Made by a program: the position numbers and the translations under genes. Source: Macrostomum lignano (taxonomy: Eukaryota). From it: a DNA stretch of 64,000 nucleotides. The stretch spans positions 124,001-188,000 of the forward strand of contig NIVC01001626.1 in NCBI GenBank assembly GCA_002269645.1, given 5' to 3'. Of this stretch, positions 46,516 through 58,758 are shown piece by piece (the first letter of the stretch is position 1; the number at the start of each line of letters is the position of its first letter). The notes below the pieces were generated by a model, which worked only from the letters and a program-made list of their open reading frames with translations, had not been told where the DNA came from and ran no database searches.

Positions 46516-49022
46516 TCAGTGGTGCGACCTTCCGCCTTGCCGCTCGAAGAACATGAAGTCCTGCGTTTGTTGACGAGTGAGAGGAGGGCAAAGTTGCAGG
46601 ATTTCAAGAATGCATTTGGATTGCGGCGCTTTGGTTCACGGGCCCCCCCGCACTCACGATCAAGAAGCAGGCAGCCAGGATGACCGCTTTAATCTTAACG
46701 CTCAAATCCACCGGAAAGGTGATGCCGAAATTGTCGGCATCTGTGAAGTACTCCTGCAGCAGGTTGGTCCACTGCTTCGACACGCGCCCGATCTCCTCGC
46801 CGGAGTCCTTCGACATGAGCTGCGCGCGGCAACACGGAGTAGGCGAATGTGATGAAGTGCCGAGAGTTTAGAGATTTGAGCAGAAAATTTGTGTTTGACT
46901 CACCCTGAACGGAATGTCGTCTCCTGGGCAGTAGCATTTTAGGTAGGTCGGCCCGTCGATGACCAGCACGGTGCAGTCCGACTCGTCCTTGATGTGGTAC
47001 ATAGCCTGGCAGGCTCCGTACACCTGCACCACCTTGCCCACCTTGTTGCCGGGTGGCGACTCCACCGTGACCTCGTCAAAGCAGCACTTGCAGCAGGAAC
47101 ACATCTGGTGGTAGCACATGCACTTGTAGGGCCGGCTCACGTGGATCACCTCGTTGCCGAGGCTGTCTTCGATGGCCAGCTCGAACGGGCGCTGCGGCCC
47201 ACAGCACTGGCGCACGCAAGTGTCGGACGCTGCAGATAGAAAGAGTTATTGGCGCTAGAAATCAACTGGAGTTTGATAGATTAAAATGTTTCTATATAGC
47301 TAGAATGACCCGGGGTTGTTTCATGAGCTCGAAATTTCACATCCTCGAATAGTCTTGCCAGTCACCTACCTCCGCCAGCTCACAACTCAAACGGGTGGAC
47401 AAATGGGAAATTTTCGCTCTAGCCTAAGTTATTACAAGACAGACTTTTCGAATCCTTTGCTAGCAATCTGTAGAATTCTTCAGCCATGCGCATCGATGCC
47501 GATGGCGCAGTATTTTTATATTTCTGCAACCGTTGCATAACTGCCGCTCCGTCTCTCTTGCAGCAAGTCCGTGCCCGGCCAGGCAGGAACTCAGCCAGCG
47601 TCCCAACAGCAAAGCAGCAGCAGGTTCCACCGTTTCCGTCTGTAATTTGAGAATGCGCGCCCGCGGCATCCTGAAGGAGTACCGGGTGGTCGGCCGGCGT
47701 CTGCCGTCCACTGCCGTGCCGCAGCCGCCCCTGTATGAGATGCGCATCTTCGCCACGGACTCCGTGACCGCCAAGTCACGCTTCTGGTACTTCGTGCGCC
47801 ACCTCAAGAAGCTGAAGAAGATGCACGGCGAGGTTCTCCAGTGCAAGATTGTGCCGCCCAAGAAGGCTCTCCGTGTGAAGAACTACGGCGTGTGGCTGCG
47901 CTACAACTCCCGCAGCGGAACGCACAACATGTACAAGGAGTACCGGGACATGGCCCCTGCCGCCGCCATCACCCAGTGCTACCGGGAGATGGGCGCCAGG
48001 CACAGGGCCCGCGCCTCCTCCATCCACATTCTGAAGATCAAGGAGATCGCGTCCAAGGACTGCAAGCGCCCCTGCGTGACGCAGTTCCACGACAGCAAGC
48101 TGAAGTTCCCGCTGCCGCACCGCGTCCACCGCAGGCTGCACGCGCCAAGGTTCACCACCGTGCGGCCCAAGACCACCTTCTGAGAGCAGGCGAGAAGGCC
48201 TGGCTGGCAGTGCGCTGTGACAGTTGCGGATTCGCTGACAGAACTGAGAGAAGTCAAATCAGAAATAAACTCGGACAGGGCGGAATCGAAAGAGTGGCGT
48301 CAAATTTTTGATTGCTGACTTTTTTCAACTGCATTGTTATTTGTTCGATTGTGGAATCAAATTGTCCGTGGCTGGCTGGCTTTTGACTTTTATTTCTTAT
48401 TTGGTTAGCAATTTTTTTGTTTTTCTAATTAGTTTATGATTTAGTTTTAATATAGTGGATGGATATGAAATGTTTACTCTTACGGTTGGAAATATCGACT
48501 AAAATCAGGCTGAAACTCGCGGCAAGTATGCAGGGGAAACTAGAGGACAAGCGGAAACGATGGCTGCACTCACATTCCTTGGCAAAGTAGACCTTCTGGC
48601 CCATGGAGTTGTACACAACGTATTTGTTCTGCATCTCGAAACCGGACACCACTGAAATGAAGGGGCGAGAAATGCCTCTGTCAGTTCCAAAAAGCTTAGC
48701 AGGTTTCTTTGTATAAAAAGCCAAATTAATTGAGCCGGAGCTGGACTTTCTTATCCTGAGTTCGCTCACTTTCAAAGAACTCTTTCTTCTGCTTGATCAG
48801 CACCTGGTCCAGAGTGCTCAGGTACTCCAGTCCGGGCGGGCAGCTGCGCGAGTTTGATGACGCGCCGGGCTTCTCCATCCACGGCGCCTCGTGCCTGCCG
48901 CCGTGGTGGTGGTGATGGTGGTGGTGCTGGTGCTGCTGGTCCACTGGCTGCATGGCCATGGCTGTGGACTGCTGCTGCCCGTTGGGGTAGGCAGGTGCCG
49001 GCTGCACCTTGTTGCTCTCCAT
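46516..49022 (-). CDS. PLSCR: Phospholipid scramblase (PLSCR family); exons 49022-48770, 48651-48574, 47229-46904, 46819-46658, 46560-46516; 287 aa
   Basis: [92 protein letters not shown]. Exon lengths sum to 864 nt with in-phase GT-AG junctions. Confidence 0.95.
47653..48183 (+). CDS. RPL18A: 60S ribosomal protein L18a (eL20), intronless, nested antisense in scramblase intron 2
   Basis: [70 protein letters not shown]. Confidence 0.97.
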   Translation: MRARGILKEYRVVGRRLPSTAVPQPPLYEMRIFATDSVTAKSRFWYFVRHLKKLKKMHGEVLQCKIVPPKKALRVKNYGVWLRYNSRSGTHNMYKEYRDMAPAAAITQCYREMGARHRARASSIHILKIKEIASKDCKRPCVTQFHDSKLKFPLPHRVHRRLHAPRFTTVRPKTTF

Positions 49023-51516
49023 GGACACCGCTGTGTCTGCGGAATTGACGGGAAGAAAGGAAAGGAAGCTTTTTAGCTGCAGTTTCTCCTCGGGTTTTTG
49101 CGCCAATTCACCGCCACCGCGATGGCGCGACTCAAAGGGTTGGTCTTGTGCGGCAACAAAGGCCAGGTCACTAATTGGTGCGCGTCTGACATGTTTGTTG
49201 CTCGCAGCTCAAATGACTCAGAGGGAAGGCAAATGTTTTTTTGCTAAAGTCATTAATTGGCAAGCGCGGTGATTTGTTTGGTAAACGGCAGTGACTGCTC
49301 TGTTGTGATGGGCAAGGCCACTTGGCAGTTGCATGCGTCTAGAAATCCGCGAGCGAGTGAAAACACATGCAAGTTGTGCATCCGCTTGGAGCAGACAGAA
49401 ACTACGTGCAGCTCTCGGAATTCGGGAATTACGGACCTGTAGGCTGTAGCTACAGTTCTTTATTGAATTAAGGTTTTCAACTCTGCAAGCACAGCCACTG
49501 GCTGCACAACGATTCCCAGACGGTGTTTTGTAACGGCAAACAGTGCGGCAAGTGCCCCAGCAAATACAAAGAACAAGCTGTACTTTTTCTCTGCAGTCAA
49601 CATATCACATATGGAAATGTATTATATAGCAAAACAGACAAGGGGACAATTGACTTGAGTGATGCCCGTAGTGCACAACAACAGCCATTGCTTTACAGCA
49701 GCAGTTGAATGCTTTCAGTGAGATAAGCGAATCCACTCACCGTAATAAGTTGCGTTGTCCATCTCTGGTGCCGCTTCCAGGGCTCGTTTCGGTCTTTTTA
49801 ATAAACGAGATGAAAGAGCGAAAAGCGATAGGCAAAATGGGCGCATGAGGCGATGTGCGAGCTTGCACAGAGGGGAATGCGGTTGAGACTGGTTTCTTCA
49901 TCGAGCTGAGTGCACGCGACACTGGCGTGCAAGGTCAGTTGAGAAAATAGTTTTTGAGGTGATCCGGTATAAATGGGTGTGCTAGATTGCTATCTTAGTT
50001 TCAAGGTCCAAGCTCGATTCCATCGTTCGCTTGCGAAGACCAGCCCCCCCCCCCAAACAAGCAGTATTAGAGTGGGCATGTCCGACTTTGCCACACAGTC
50101 AGGACACGCGGGTACACCGTGTCATCAATCGAATTCTGCGAGTCTTTCGCAACATTTTTAGAAGGGTTAATCGGGGTCAAATCTACGTATTAAACAGAGC
50201 TTATTAATATCTAAGCATCTGCAGACACAGTGGAAGCCTATTAAAAAAGTACTGCTCACCAACCTCACCTGTCAGTCGGACTGCTCCCGTGACCCGGTTC
50301 AATTACTGTCTGTCAGCTGGTGCTGCTGCTGACGGACGGATCTGCTTTGTTCTCCGCTTTTGCCTGAAGCTGCACTCTGAGCCCCAGCGTGCGAGCAGCT
50401 GTCTATATAGAGCACCTGCCGTGTGGCAGCCGTGCCGCTGCAGCTCCCACTGGCTACAAGCGCGGGGAGCTCAGGGTAGGAGAAGCGGGGGCGAGGGCTG
50501 CAAAGACAAATACACCTTGTTTCCATGGCAACGCCATACAGCTCAGAGGGAAGGCATATAGACGGAAGGAACAGCCTGCATGTCTCGCCAGTTTTGCCCA
50601 CTCAGTGCGGAATGGCTGCGAAGTCCCTAATCTGCAACTGTGCCTATCCAGCACTTGTATAGTCGGTAACCGCTTTTAATAACGAAATTCTGTCGTCTCA
50701 AGTTGCCACAATTCCTGATTCAGGACAAAGAGGAACTTGCGTATTATAAATATTCCATCAAACTTATATAGCTCCAGCTTTCGGGTATCTTACTTTTTTA
50801 CGAGCGTATAAATATTCGATTTCCTTTACTTTGAAGCGAACATTGAAATTCGAACCTCCTGTCTACGACGATCGACTCACCCACAGGCTCGCAGTTCACT
50901 GTGATGAAGAAACATCGAGCTTCGGATTCAGTAAATTGTTTTTTATAGCTAGGAAACTGTCTGGAAAGCATCAATGTGCCTTGCAACCTACTGATTACTC
51001 ATAGTAGCATCGCAAATTTTCTTCAACCAAAATATTTAGATCTTTTTAGGAACAAAACCGACATTATACTGTCGGAGCTTAAGTTTAAATAATTTTCTAA
51101 GAGACCGACAAAACAGTCACAAAAACTTAACATCATCTTTCCATTGCGAAGGATGCGGCAGCGTGGCTGATCGGAGTATTGCAAGAAGGCAACTTGTGGG
51201 ACTTGACCCGCCTAATCAGGTCTAATCTGCCTAACCTGCTCACTTTTCTTGTAATAGGGGTGGGTTTTCCAATGATTCTGCAATCAAATTGCTCACACTA
51301 AAGGAATGACGTTAGCTTCCTTCTAGCGACCTCTTGGAGAAGGCATCTCATGTACATACCTACTGTAAGCATTTGACAGTGACGCCAAAAGTGACGCTCA
51401 CCAAGAGAGACAGTGACGCTTATACCGAGAGACAATGACGCTTATCAAGAGACAGTGACACTTACCAAAAGACAGTGACACTTACCAAGAGACAGTGACA
51501 CTTACCAAGAAACAGT

Positions 51517-52483
51517 TGTTGTGACCTGTGTCACAGTGCTCCCCTGGTGCAAGTGCACTTTGATAGTTGTTGACTTTGGTAGTTGATTATTGTTACCCCC
51601 CCCCCCCGGCTCAAGCCAGTCTGGAGCTATGAGCCCTTTGGCTGAGCCTCTGCTCTCTTTCTCTCTCTCTCTCGCCTTGGCTGTTTAGCCCTTTGGCTAG
51701 CCGTGCTGATTGGCTGGGCCTCTGCTCTCTCTCCCTCTCCCTGGCCGTGCGCGCTTCCACCCTCCCCTCGCCGCAGCCAATCAGCTGTCAATCAGCTCCA
51801 TTGTTTAAGCCCTTTCTCCCCCCCCCTTGTTTGCGCCCCTGCCCCTTTTTACTCGTTATTTAAGGCGACGCTCAGACCCCGCCCCTTTTCTCACCGTGCC
51901 TGCGCCCATTTGCGCCCACCGCGATAAATAAACGAACGTGACCAGCGATCAACCGTAGAGACGGTCTCTTACTGCGAAGACTCAATTTATTGCAATCGAT
52001 CGGCCTTCCCGTGTATGAGTGCTATAATCGACCCGGCCCGGTAAGCTGTCGAGACAATTGCCTGTGTTCCTCGGGGTCGCTCTCCTGATCTCTCTCTCTC
52101 TCACTCTCTCTTTTCCTTGACTCACCAGGCTGTCGAGTGGCCGACCGCCCGCAGCCCTCTCTCTCTTCCTTGACTCACCAGGCTGTCGAGTGGCCGCCCG
52201 CCCACAGCCCTCTCTCTTTTCCTTGACTCACCAGGCTGTCGAGTGGCCGACCGCCCGCAGCCCTCTCTCTCTTCCTTGACTCACCAGGCTGTCGAGTGGC
52301 CGCCCGCCCACAGCCGCCCCTCCCCTCTCTCTCGACTTCTCAACCTTGACCTCCCCCCGAAGTGTCCGTACGCCTCGGGGTCGCCGATCGAGCTCGTAAG
52401 CCCTGGGCAGTCTAGTACCCGAACCCCGACACCGCTACCCGTCGCCCAACCCGGCCGTGCCAGCGAGGAAGGGGGATACAACA
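51517..52483 (+). mobile_element. Solo LTR (967 bp) containing a spliced-leader-like sequence
   Basis: TGTTGT...ACAACA termini and 4-bp TSD CAGT (51513-16, 52484-87) within the host repeat. CCAAT-type boxes at ~51705 (inverted) and ~51777; TAAATAAA at 51925-32; four 53-bp internal repeats at 52116-52320. No ORF or PBS seen. Confidence 0.85.
51951..51994 (+). other. Flatworm spliced-leader (SL) exon-like sequence lacking the terminal ATG
   Basis: AACCGTAGAGACGGTCTCTTACTGCGAAGACTCAATTTATTGCA. Positions 51962-94 equal the first 33 nt of the Macrostomum lignano SL as I recall it (CGGTCTCTTACTGCGAAGACTCAATTTATTGCATG). The AACCGT start and ACCGT/ACGGT hairpin mirror the Schistosoma SL. Confidence 0.8.
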
Positions 52484-54332
52484 CAGTGACACGTACCAAG
52501 AGAGACAGTGACGCTCACCAAGAGACAGTGACGCTTATACCGAGAGACAATGATGCTTATCAAGAGACAGTGACGCTTACCAAGAGACAGTGACGCTCAC
52601 CAAGAGAGACAGTGACGCTCATAAGAGACAGTGACACTCACCAAGAGAGACAGTGACGTTCACAAGAGAGACAGTGACGCTCACAAGAGACAGTGACACT
52701 CACCAAGAGACAGTGACGCTTACCAACAGACAGTGACGCTCATCAAGAGACACTGACACTTACCAAGACAGACAGTGACGCTCATCAAGAGGCAGTGACA
52801 CTTACCAAGAGAGACAGTGACGCTCAACAAGAGACAGTGACGCTTATCAAGAGACAGTGACGCTTACCAAGAGACAGTGACGCTTACCAAGAGACAGTGA
52901 CGCTTACCGAGAGACAGTGACGCTTACCAAGAGACAGTGACGCTTACCAAGAGACAGTGACGCTTACCGAGAGACAGTGACGCTTACCAAGAGACAGTGA
53001 CGCTTACCAAGAGACAGTGACGCTTACCAAGAGACAGTGACGCTTACCAAGAGACAGTGACAGTTACCAAGAGACAGTGACGCTCACCAAGAGAGACAGT
53101 GACGCTCACCAGAGAGACAGTGACGCTCACAAGAGAGACAGTGGCGCTCACAAGAGAGACAGTGACGCTCACAAGAGACATTGACACTCACCAAAAGACT
53201 GACGCTTACCAAGAGACAGTGACGCTTACCAAGAGACAGTGACGCTTACCAACAGACAGTGACGCTTACCAAGAGACAGTGACGCTTACCAAGAGGCAGT
53301 GACACTTACCAAGAGAGACAGTGACGCTCATCAAGAGACGGTGACGCTTATCAAGAGAGACAGTGACGCTTATCAAGAGACGGTGACGCTTATCAAGAGA
53401 GACAGTGACGCTTATCAAGAGACAGTGACGCTTACCAAGTGACAGTGACGCTTACTAAGAAACTGACGTTGAACTAAGAGACGCTGTCGCTCACCAAGAG
53501 ACTGACACTCAACTAGACTGCCCCTACATGTAAGTGACGCACCTTCGTAGTAATTCATACGCACGACACAGATATGCACCTCTTCATTTCAGTTTGGATA
53601 CATTCAGTAACAGTGTAAGTTTAACCGACACGCTCAGCTTTCTTCGACAATGGGATGAAGCCATACCTTCTGATGACGGCTGTTTTCGCAGCCATCCGAG
53701 TGGAGGCTGTTCTCTGCACCCGCAAAAAGCTTTCACGGAAACAAGCAGCATTTCTAACAGAAAAGACGCATCTTTTGCCGATGCAAAAAACATAAAACCT
53801 GCCCCTTAAAAACCTGGTAGCATCACTTATTTCTACCTGCCCCAAGCTCGACAGCCCGCGGCTAATGGACGCTTCTGTGCCAGGACAGTTGCGGTATTCA
53901 AGACACCATTATGACGATCTTTCTCTCGAGCTGACAACAAAAAGCTGCCCGAAAAAGCAGGCCTGCAGAACCCTCCCCACGAAGGTGACTTCGAGCCATC
54001 TCTGCTCCTTCGATTGAGCAAACAAAAAGTGGCCTCCATCGGAATTGACGCTGATCCCGTTACAGGAAGCCCCGCCGGGGCTCGCAGTGTCAGCAAATCG
54101 ATGCGATTCTTGCGCACCGGAGGACAATCAGCTTGAGCAGTCCCATTTTCCTCAGCAACTGTTTGCCTGACGACTGCCATTAGGAGAAGCTTCGATTCAA
54201 AAAACTTCTCTCCTAGAAGTTTCTGTTGGCGGGCCTTTCAAGCAAATCCTGCGCTGACTGGCTGGGCGGCAGCCGATTTAAAGGCCTGCTGACTCGCCCC
54301 GACTCGCCGCTCCGCCCGCCCGCACTGCAGCC

Positions 54333-55840
54333 ATGAGTCCCGGCCGCGAGCTCCTCCTGTGCTGCGCCGTCATCCTGCAGCTGCTGCAGGGCTGCCCCGG
54401 CCTCTCCACCAGCCGGCAGTTCAAAGCGACCGCCCTGTGCCCGCGGCTCTCCGCGCTGCCCGCCCGAGCCGAGAAGTCGAAAATTCGCTGCGGCGCTGCG
54501 TGCAGCAGCAGGCCGGACTGCGACCTGTTCCACTTCAACCGGACAGCCGGTCTCTGTTACCATGGCAACTCCACGTGCGAGGGACTGGCGCTGTGGAGCG
54601 ACGGACCCTGCGACTCCTTCAGAGCAGGTAGCGTCCGTGAGCTGGAATTCTATTGCTGAATTTCCTTTGTTCCTTCCGAATGCTTTGCAAATCCCCCCTG
54701 ACCACCGCAGCCACTCCAGGGCGATCCTCTGCGGACCCGATCGTCGGCAAGCTCGGCCTCAAGCTGCTCTACAGGTTCGCCAGCCACGGCCTCGAGAACG
54801 TCGCCGACCCGTGCCAGCACCGGCTGAGGAGCGGCAACGCCACGGTGGTGAACGGTTCTGGTGCGCACTTTGTGCAGAGCCCGGACTCCTTCCTGATGGC
54901 GGAGACGCCCGGCTTCGAGACGGTGGTCAACAAGGGCAACAAGTTCTCCTTCTTCGTCCGGGCCAAGCACCCGCTGGACATCGAGTGAGTCGCCTCTGAG
55001 GCAATGAAAGTTCGAGCAGAGCTCGGGCTCTTGCTGAGTCATTGTGCACCGCAGTGAGACCTTTGTGCGAATGGGGCTGAGAGTCCCAGATCCTGTGCAC
55101 CGCAGTGAGACCTTTGTGCGAATGGGGCTGAGAGTCCCAGATCCTGTGCACCGCAGTGAGACCTTTGTGCGAATGGGGCTGAGAGTTCCAGATCCTGTGC
55201 ACCGCAGTGAGACCTTTGTGCGAATGGGGCTGAGAGTCCCAGATCCTGTGCACCGCAGTGAGACCTTTGTGCGAATGGGGCTGAGAGTTCCAGATCCTGT
55301 GCACCGCAGTGAGACCTTTGTGCGAATGGGGCTGAGAGTCCCAGATCCTGTGCACCGCAGTGAGACCTTTGTGCGAATGGGGCTGAGAGTCCCAAACCCT
55401 CTCCAAACTGCAGCGGCACCTACGCAGCATTCCGGCACTGCACCGGAACATCCTGGACATCCGTGGCTCACGACCTGTACACTCACAAAGGAGAAACCTG
55501 GCACCAGGTGTTCTGGCCCGCTGACGGAAAATCCTACCTCTACAATTCCGGCACCGTGTACAGCAAGAGCAGCTCAGCCGCCCTGGTCTCCACCGGGGTC
55601 TCCTACGACACGGACCGGGCTGTCAGCTTCTTCTTCAACGGGAGCAGCCGCGCTGCCAGTCTGGATGACACAAAATCGAAATCCGGCCTCAGCACTGCGA
55701 ATTTCCAATGCCTGCAGCTGGGAGGCTTCCCTGTCAGTGGATTCTCCATCCAGGGCAGCATCTCCTGCTTCGGTCTGAGCACTCGAGTGCTCAACCAGTC
55801 CGAGTTCGCGCTGCTGGACAGCTGGTGCCAGCGGGTTTGA
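54333..55840 (+). CDS. Secreted protein with N-terminal PAN/apple-like domain and C-terminal LamG/ConA-like beta domain; exons 54333-54627, 54711-54984, 55414-55840; 331 aa
   Basis: Signal peptide; CGAACSSRPDCDLFHFN....LC is a PAN-like motif. Three exons join in phase (996 nt). The C-terminal domain call rests only on pattern (LKLLYRF, FSFFVR, LQLGG, ISCFGL..RVLNQSE). Confidence 0.75.
55042..55395. repeat. 51-bp minisatellite (~7 copies) filling intron 2 of the PAN-domain gene
   Basis: Unit gtgcaccgcagtgagacctttgtgcgaatggggctgagagtcccagatcct. Confidence 0.95.
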
Positions 55841-56974
55841 AGCGGCGGCCCCATGGAAGCTAGCAGTACAGTTGAACTGAGAATCTGATCGATCGCACCT
55901 GAAGATTGAATAACAGCCCAAATCCTTCATTCAAGAGGTCTATCTGAGAGACTTGACAGACTGATCCCTGACGCAAGTCCCGGTCTGAGACAGACGCGAT
56001 TAAACAATGTCAGCTGGTCGCGAATCTCGCAGGCCATTTTTCCTCGAGCATCCCAAAAATTCAAATGGTAACCGCGACTCTGAATTTCAGCTTCTTTCAC
56101 TGGCGCTGCTCATCTAAATAACTCAGGTTCTGTAGATGTGTGTAGACTGAGTTCGAGCAGTTCAGCTGTGTACTGGTCTGCAGTTTAGCTGTGTACTGGT
56201 CTGCAGTTGAGGTGTGTCCTGGTCTGTAGTTTAGCTGTATATCAAGATGGTAAGTAGTTTAGCTGTGTACTGGTCTGTAGTTTAGCTGTGTACTGGTCTG
56301 CAGTCTGCCCCTGGCCATTATTAGCCTAGTTTTACCCTCGGATACTAGAATAACTATTAATTATTCTAACTATTCTAGCATCTGTGGCTTTACCCAGTCA
56401 AATAACAAAGCAGACCAAACAAGACCAAAAGCAGAGCGGGTTGCTTGGCTGCAACGCCAAGAGGGCATTTAAAACCTGCAGCGGCTGCGTCCTCCAGCGA
56501 CGCCCGCCCCGATCAGTTCCGGTGTTATTCCAGTTGAAACAAATATTTAGCATACAGCAGGCAACGGGGTGCTGTGGGAGATGCTCAGCACAAACCACTA
56601 AACTGGCAAGCGAGAAACAAACAGGTGTTCAATTCGAACTTCAGCCCCAACCAATCCGTGAGAATGCTTGAATTCGTGGCAATCAAAAGGGCTGGGAGAA
56701 CTTTAAAAAACCACCTGCCAGCGATGAACAGCGGACTGGGCGAATTGCGATACCCTGGGGCGAACTCGAATAATGAGCCAATGTGAAAGCCATGCGGTTG
56801 GTTAGCGGCAAAGCCATGCAGAATAGAGACAGAAAATCCTTCTGTAGGAAATCCTTTGAAGCTCTGGCGACCCGGGATGAGGCTGCTTGCATTGATGGAG
56901 GGCTGTAGGGGGAAGCAGGGTGAGGAGGTGGAGAGGAAGCCTGGGGGAGAAAATCAAAGGCTGAGTGAAAGAAG

Positions 56975-57242
56975 GAGAGTGAGAGAACGAGAGGGAGGGT
57001 GAGAGAACGAGAGGGAGGGTGAGAGAACGAGAGGGAGGGTGAGAGAACGAGAGGGAGGGTGAGAGAACGAGAGGGAGGGTGAGAGAACGAGAGGGAGGGT
57101 GAGAGAACGAGAGGGAGGGTGAGAGAACGAGGGAGGGTGAGAGAACGAGAGTGAGAGTGAGAGAACGAGAGGGAGGGTGAGAGAACGAGAGGGAGGGTGA
57201 GAGAACGAGAGGGAGGGTGAGAGAACGAGAGGGAGGGTGAGG
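56975..57242. repeat. 20-bp purine-rich minisatellite (gagggagggtgagagaacga)
   Basis: Direct reading. Confidence 0.92.
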
Positions 57243-57819
57243 AGGATGAGATGCAGAAAAGGAGAGGGGAGGAAGAGAGGGAGAGACTGACAAACTGGGA
57301 GAGATTGAGAGGTAGGGTGAGAGATGGGGTGAGACGGGGTGTGAGGGTGAAGATAATGAGACACCTGTGAGATGGCGAGAGTGCAGAGAGCTGAAGGGAA
57401 GAGATGAGCAACCGGTGAGATTCAAGCGGTCGCAAGGAAATGCAGGCAGACTGCGAAGCTCCCTCGGGGCTGAAGGTCGCGAGCTCGAATTCGAAGCGAG
57501 GGGGGGGGCGATTTGAAACAAAATAAAAGCGAAAATCTCTCACGGAGCGGAATAAAATTTATTAATCAAACATGAATAGGCAGATCAGTGATTGCTGGTG
57601 AATAATTAATAGCATAGTCCAAGGCTATACTAAATTAAACAAACTGGAATTTGCAGGAAGCTGGCAAGGCTGCGTAACAGAGAAACAAGAAGCTCTCCTA
57701 ATAACAGACATTACAGGCATTACAGGCATTACAGGGAATATGCGATTGCCAAGTGCACCAGAATTCAACTCTGAATTGGAATTTAAAGTAATGCAAACTG
57801 CGACAGTGATCTGCTAGTG

Positions 57820-58585
57820 CTGGGATTCGGGATCTGTGCGATGGGATTAGGGATCTGTGCGATGGGATTTGGGATCTGTGCGATGGGATTCGGGATCTGT
57901 GCGATGGGATTAGGGATCTGTGCGATGGGATTTGGGATCTGTGCGATGGGATTTGGGATCTGTGTGATGGGATTTGGGATCTGTGCGATGGGATTTGGGA
58001 TCTGTGCGATGGGATTTGGGATCTGTGTGAGGGGTTTTGGGATCTGTGTGATGGGATTTGGGATCTGTGTGATGGGATTTGGGATATGTGCGATGGGATT
58101 TGGGATCTGTGTGATAGGACTTGGGATCCGTGCGATGGGATTAGGGATCTGTGTGATGGGACTTGGGATCCGTGCGATGGGATTTGTGATCTGTGTGATT
58201 GGATTTAGGATCTGTGCGATGGGATTTGGGATCTGTGTGATTGGATTTGGGATCTGTGCGATGGGATTTGGGATCTGTGTGATTGGATTTGGGATCTGTG
58301 CGATGGGACTTGGGATCTGTGCGATGGGATTTGGGATCTGTGTGATGGGATTTGGGATCTGTGCGATGGGATTTGGCATCTGTGTGATGGGATTTGGGAT
58401 CTGTGCGATGGGATTTGGCATCTGTGCGATGGGATTTGGCATCTGTGTGATGGGATTTGGGATCTGTGCGATGGGACTTGGGATCTGTGTGAGGGGTTTT
58501 GGGATCTGTGCGATGGGATTTTGGATCTGTGCGTTATTTTTCGGGATCTGTGCGATGGGATTTGGGATCCGTGCGATGAGATTAG
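57820..58585. repeat. 21-bp minisatellite (gggatttgggatctgtgcgat)
   Basis: Direct reading; source of the (MGFGICA)n and (QIPNPIA)n ORFs. Confidence 0.95.
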
Positions 58586-58758
58586 GGATGGAAGGAAGAG
58601 ATTACCCAGGCCCAGGGTAATTGCTTTGTCACTGTGCAGCTTGAATTGGGAACAAACAGTGAAACAGATATTCATTAAAAAGGAGAAAAGATTCTAACAA
58701 TGCAGGCAAAGCCATCAGAATTGAGAATCCAGGCGGAGTCCGCGAGCAGAAAGACGCG

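Larger units (their letters stand above)
51380..53520. repeat. 20-bp minisatellite (ccaagagacagtgacgctta) split by a solo LTR
   Basis: The same unit lies at 51380-51516 and 52484-53520. Confidence 0.93.

Noticed and set aside
51951-52080. A true SL RNA gene
   Set aside because: The exon lacks the terminal ATG followed by a GT donor, no U-rich Sm site follows, and it sits within a TSD-bounded LTR. Reported as an SL-like insert instead.
49500-54200. Short ORFs flanking the 20-bp array (50.3-51.3 kb, 53.5-54.2 kb)
   Set aside because: No codon bias or recognisable motifs, and no in-phase exon chain was found.
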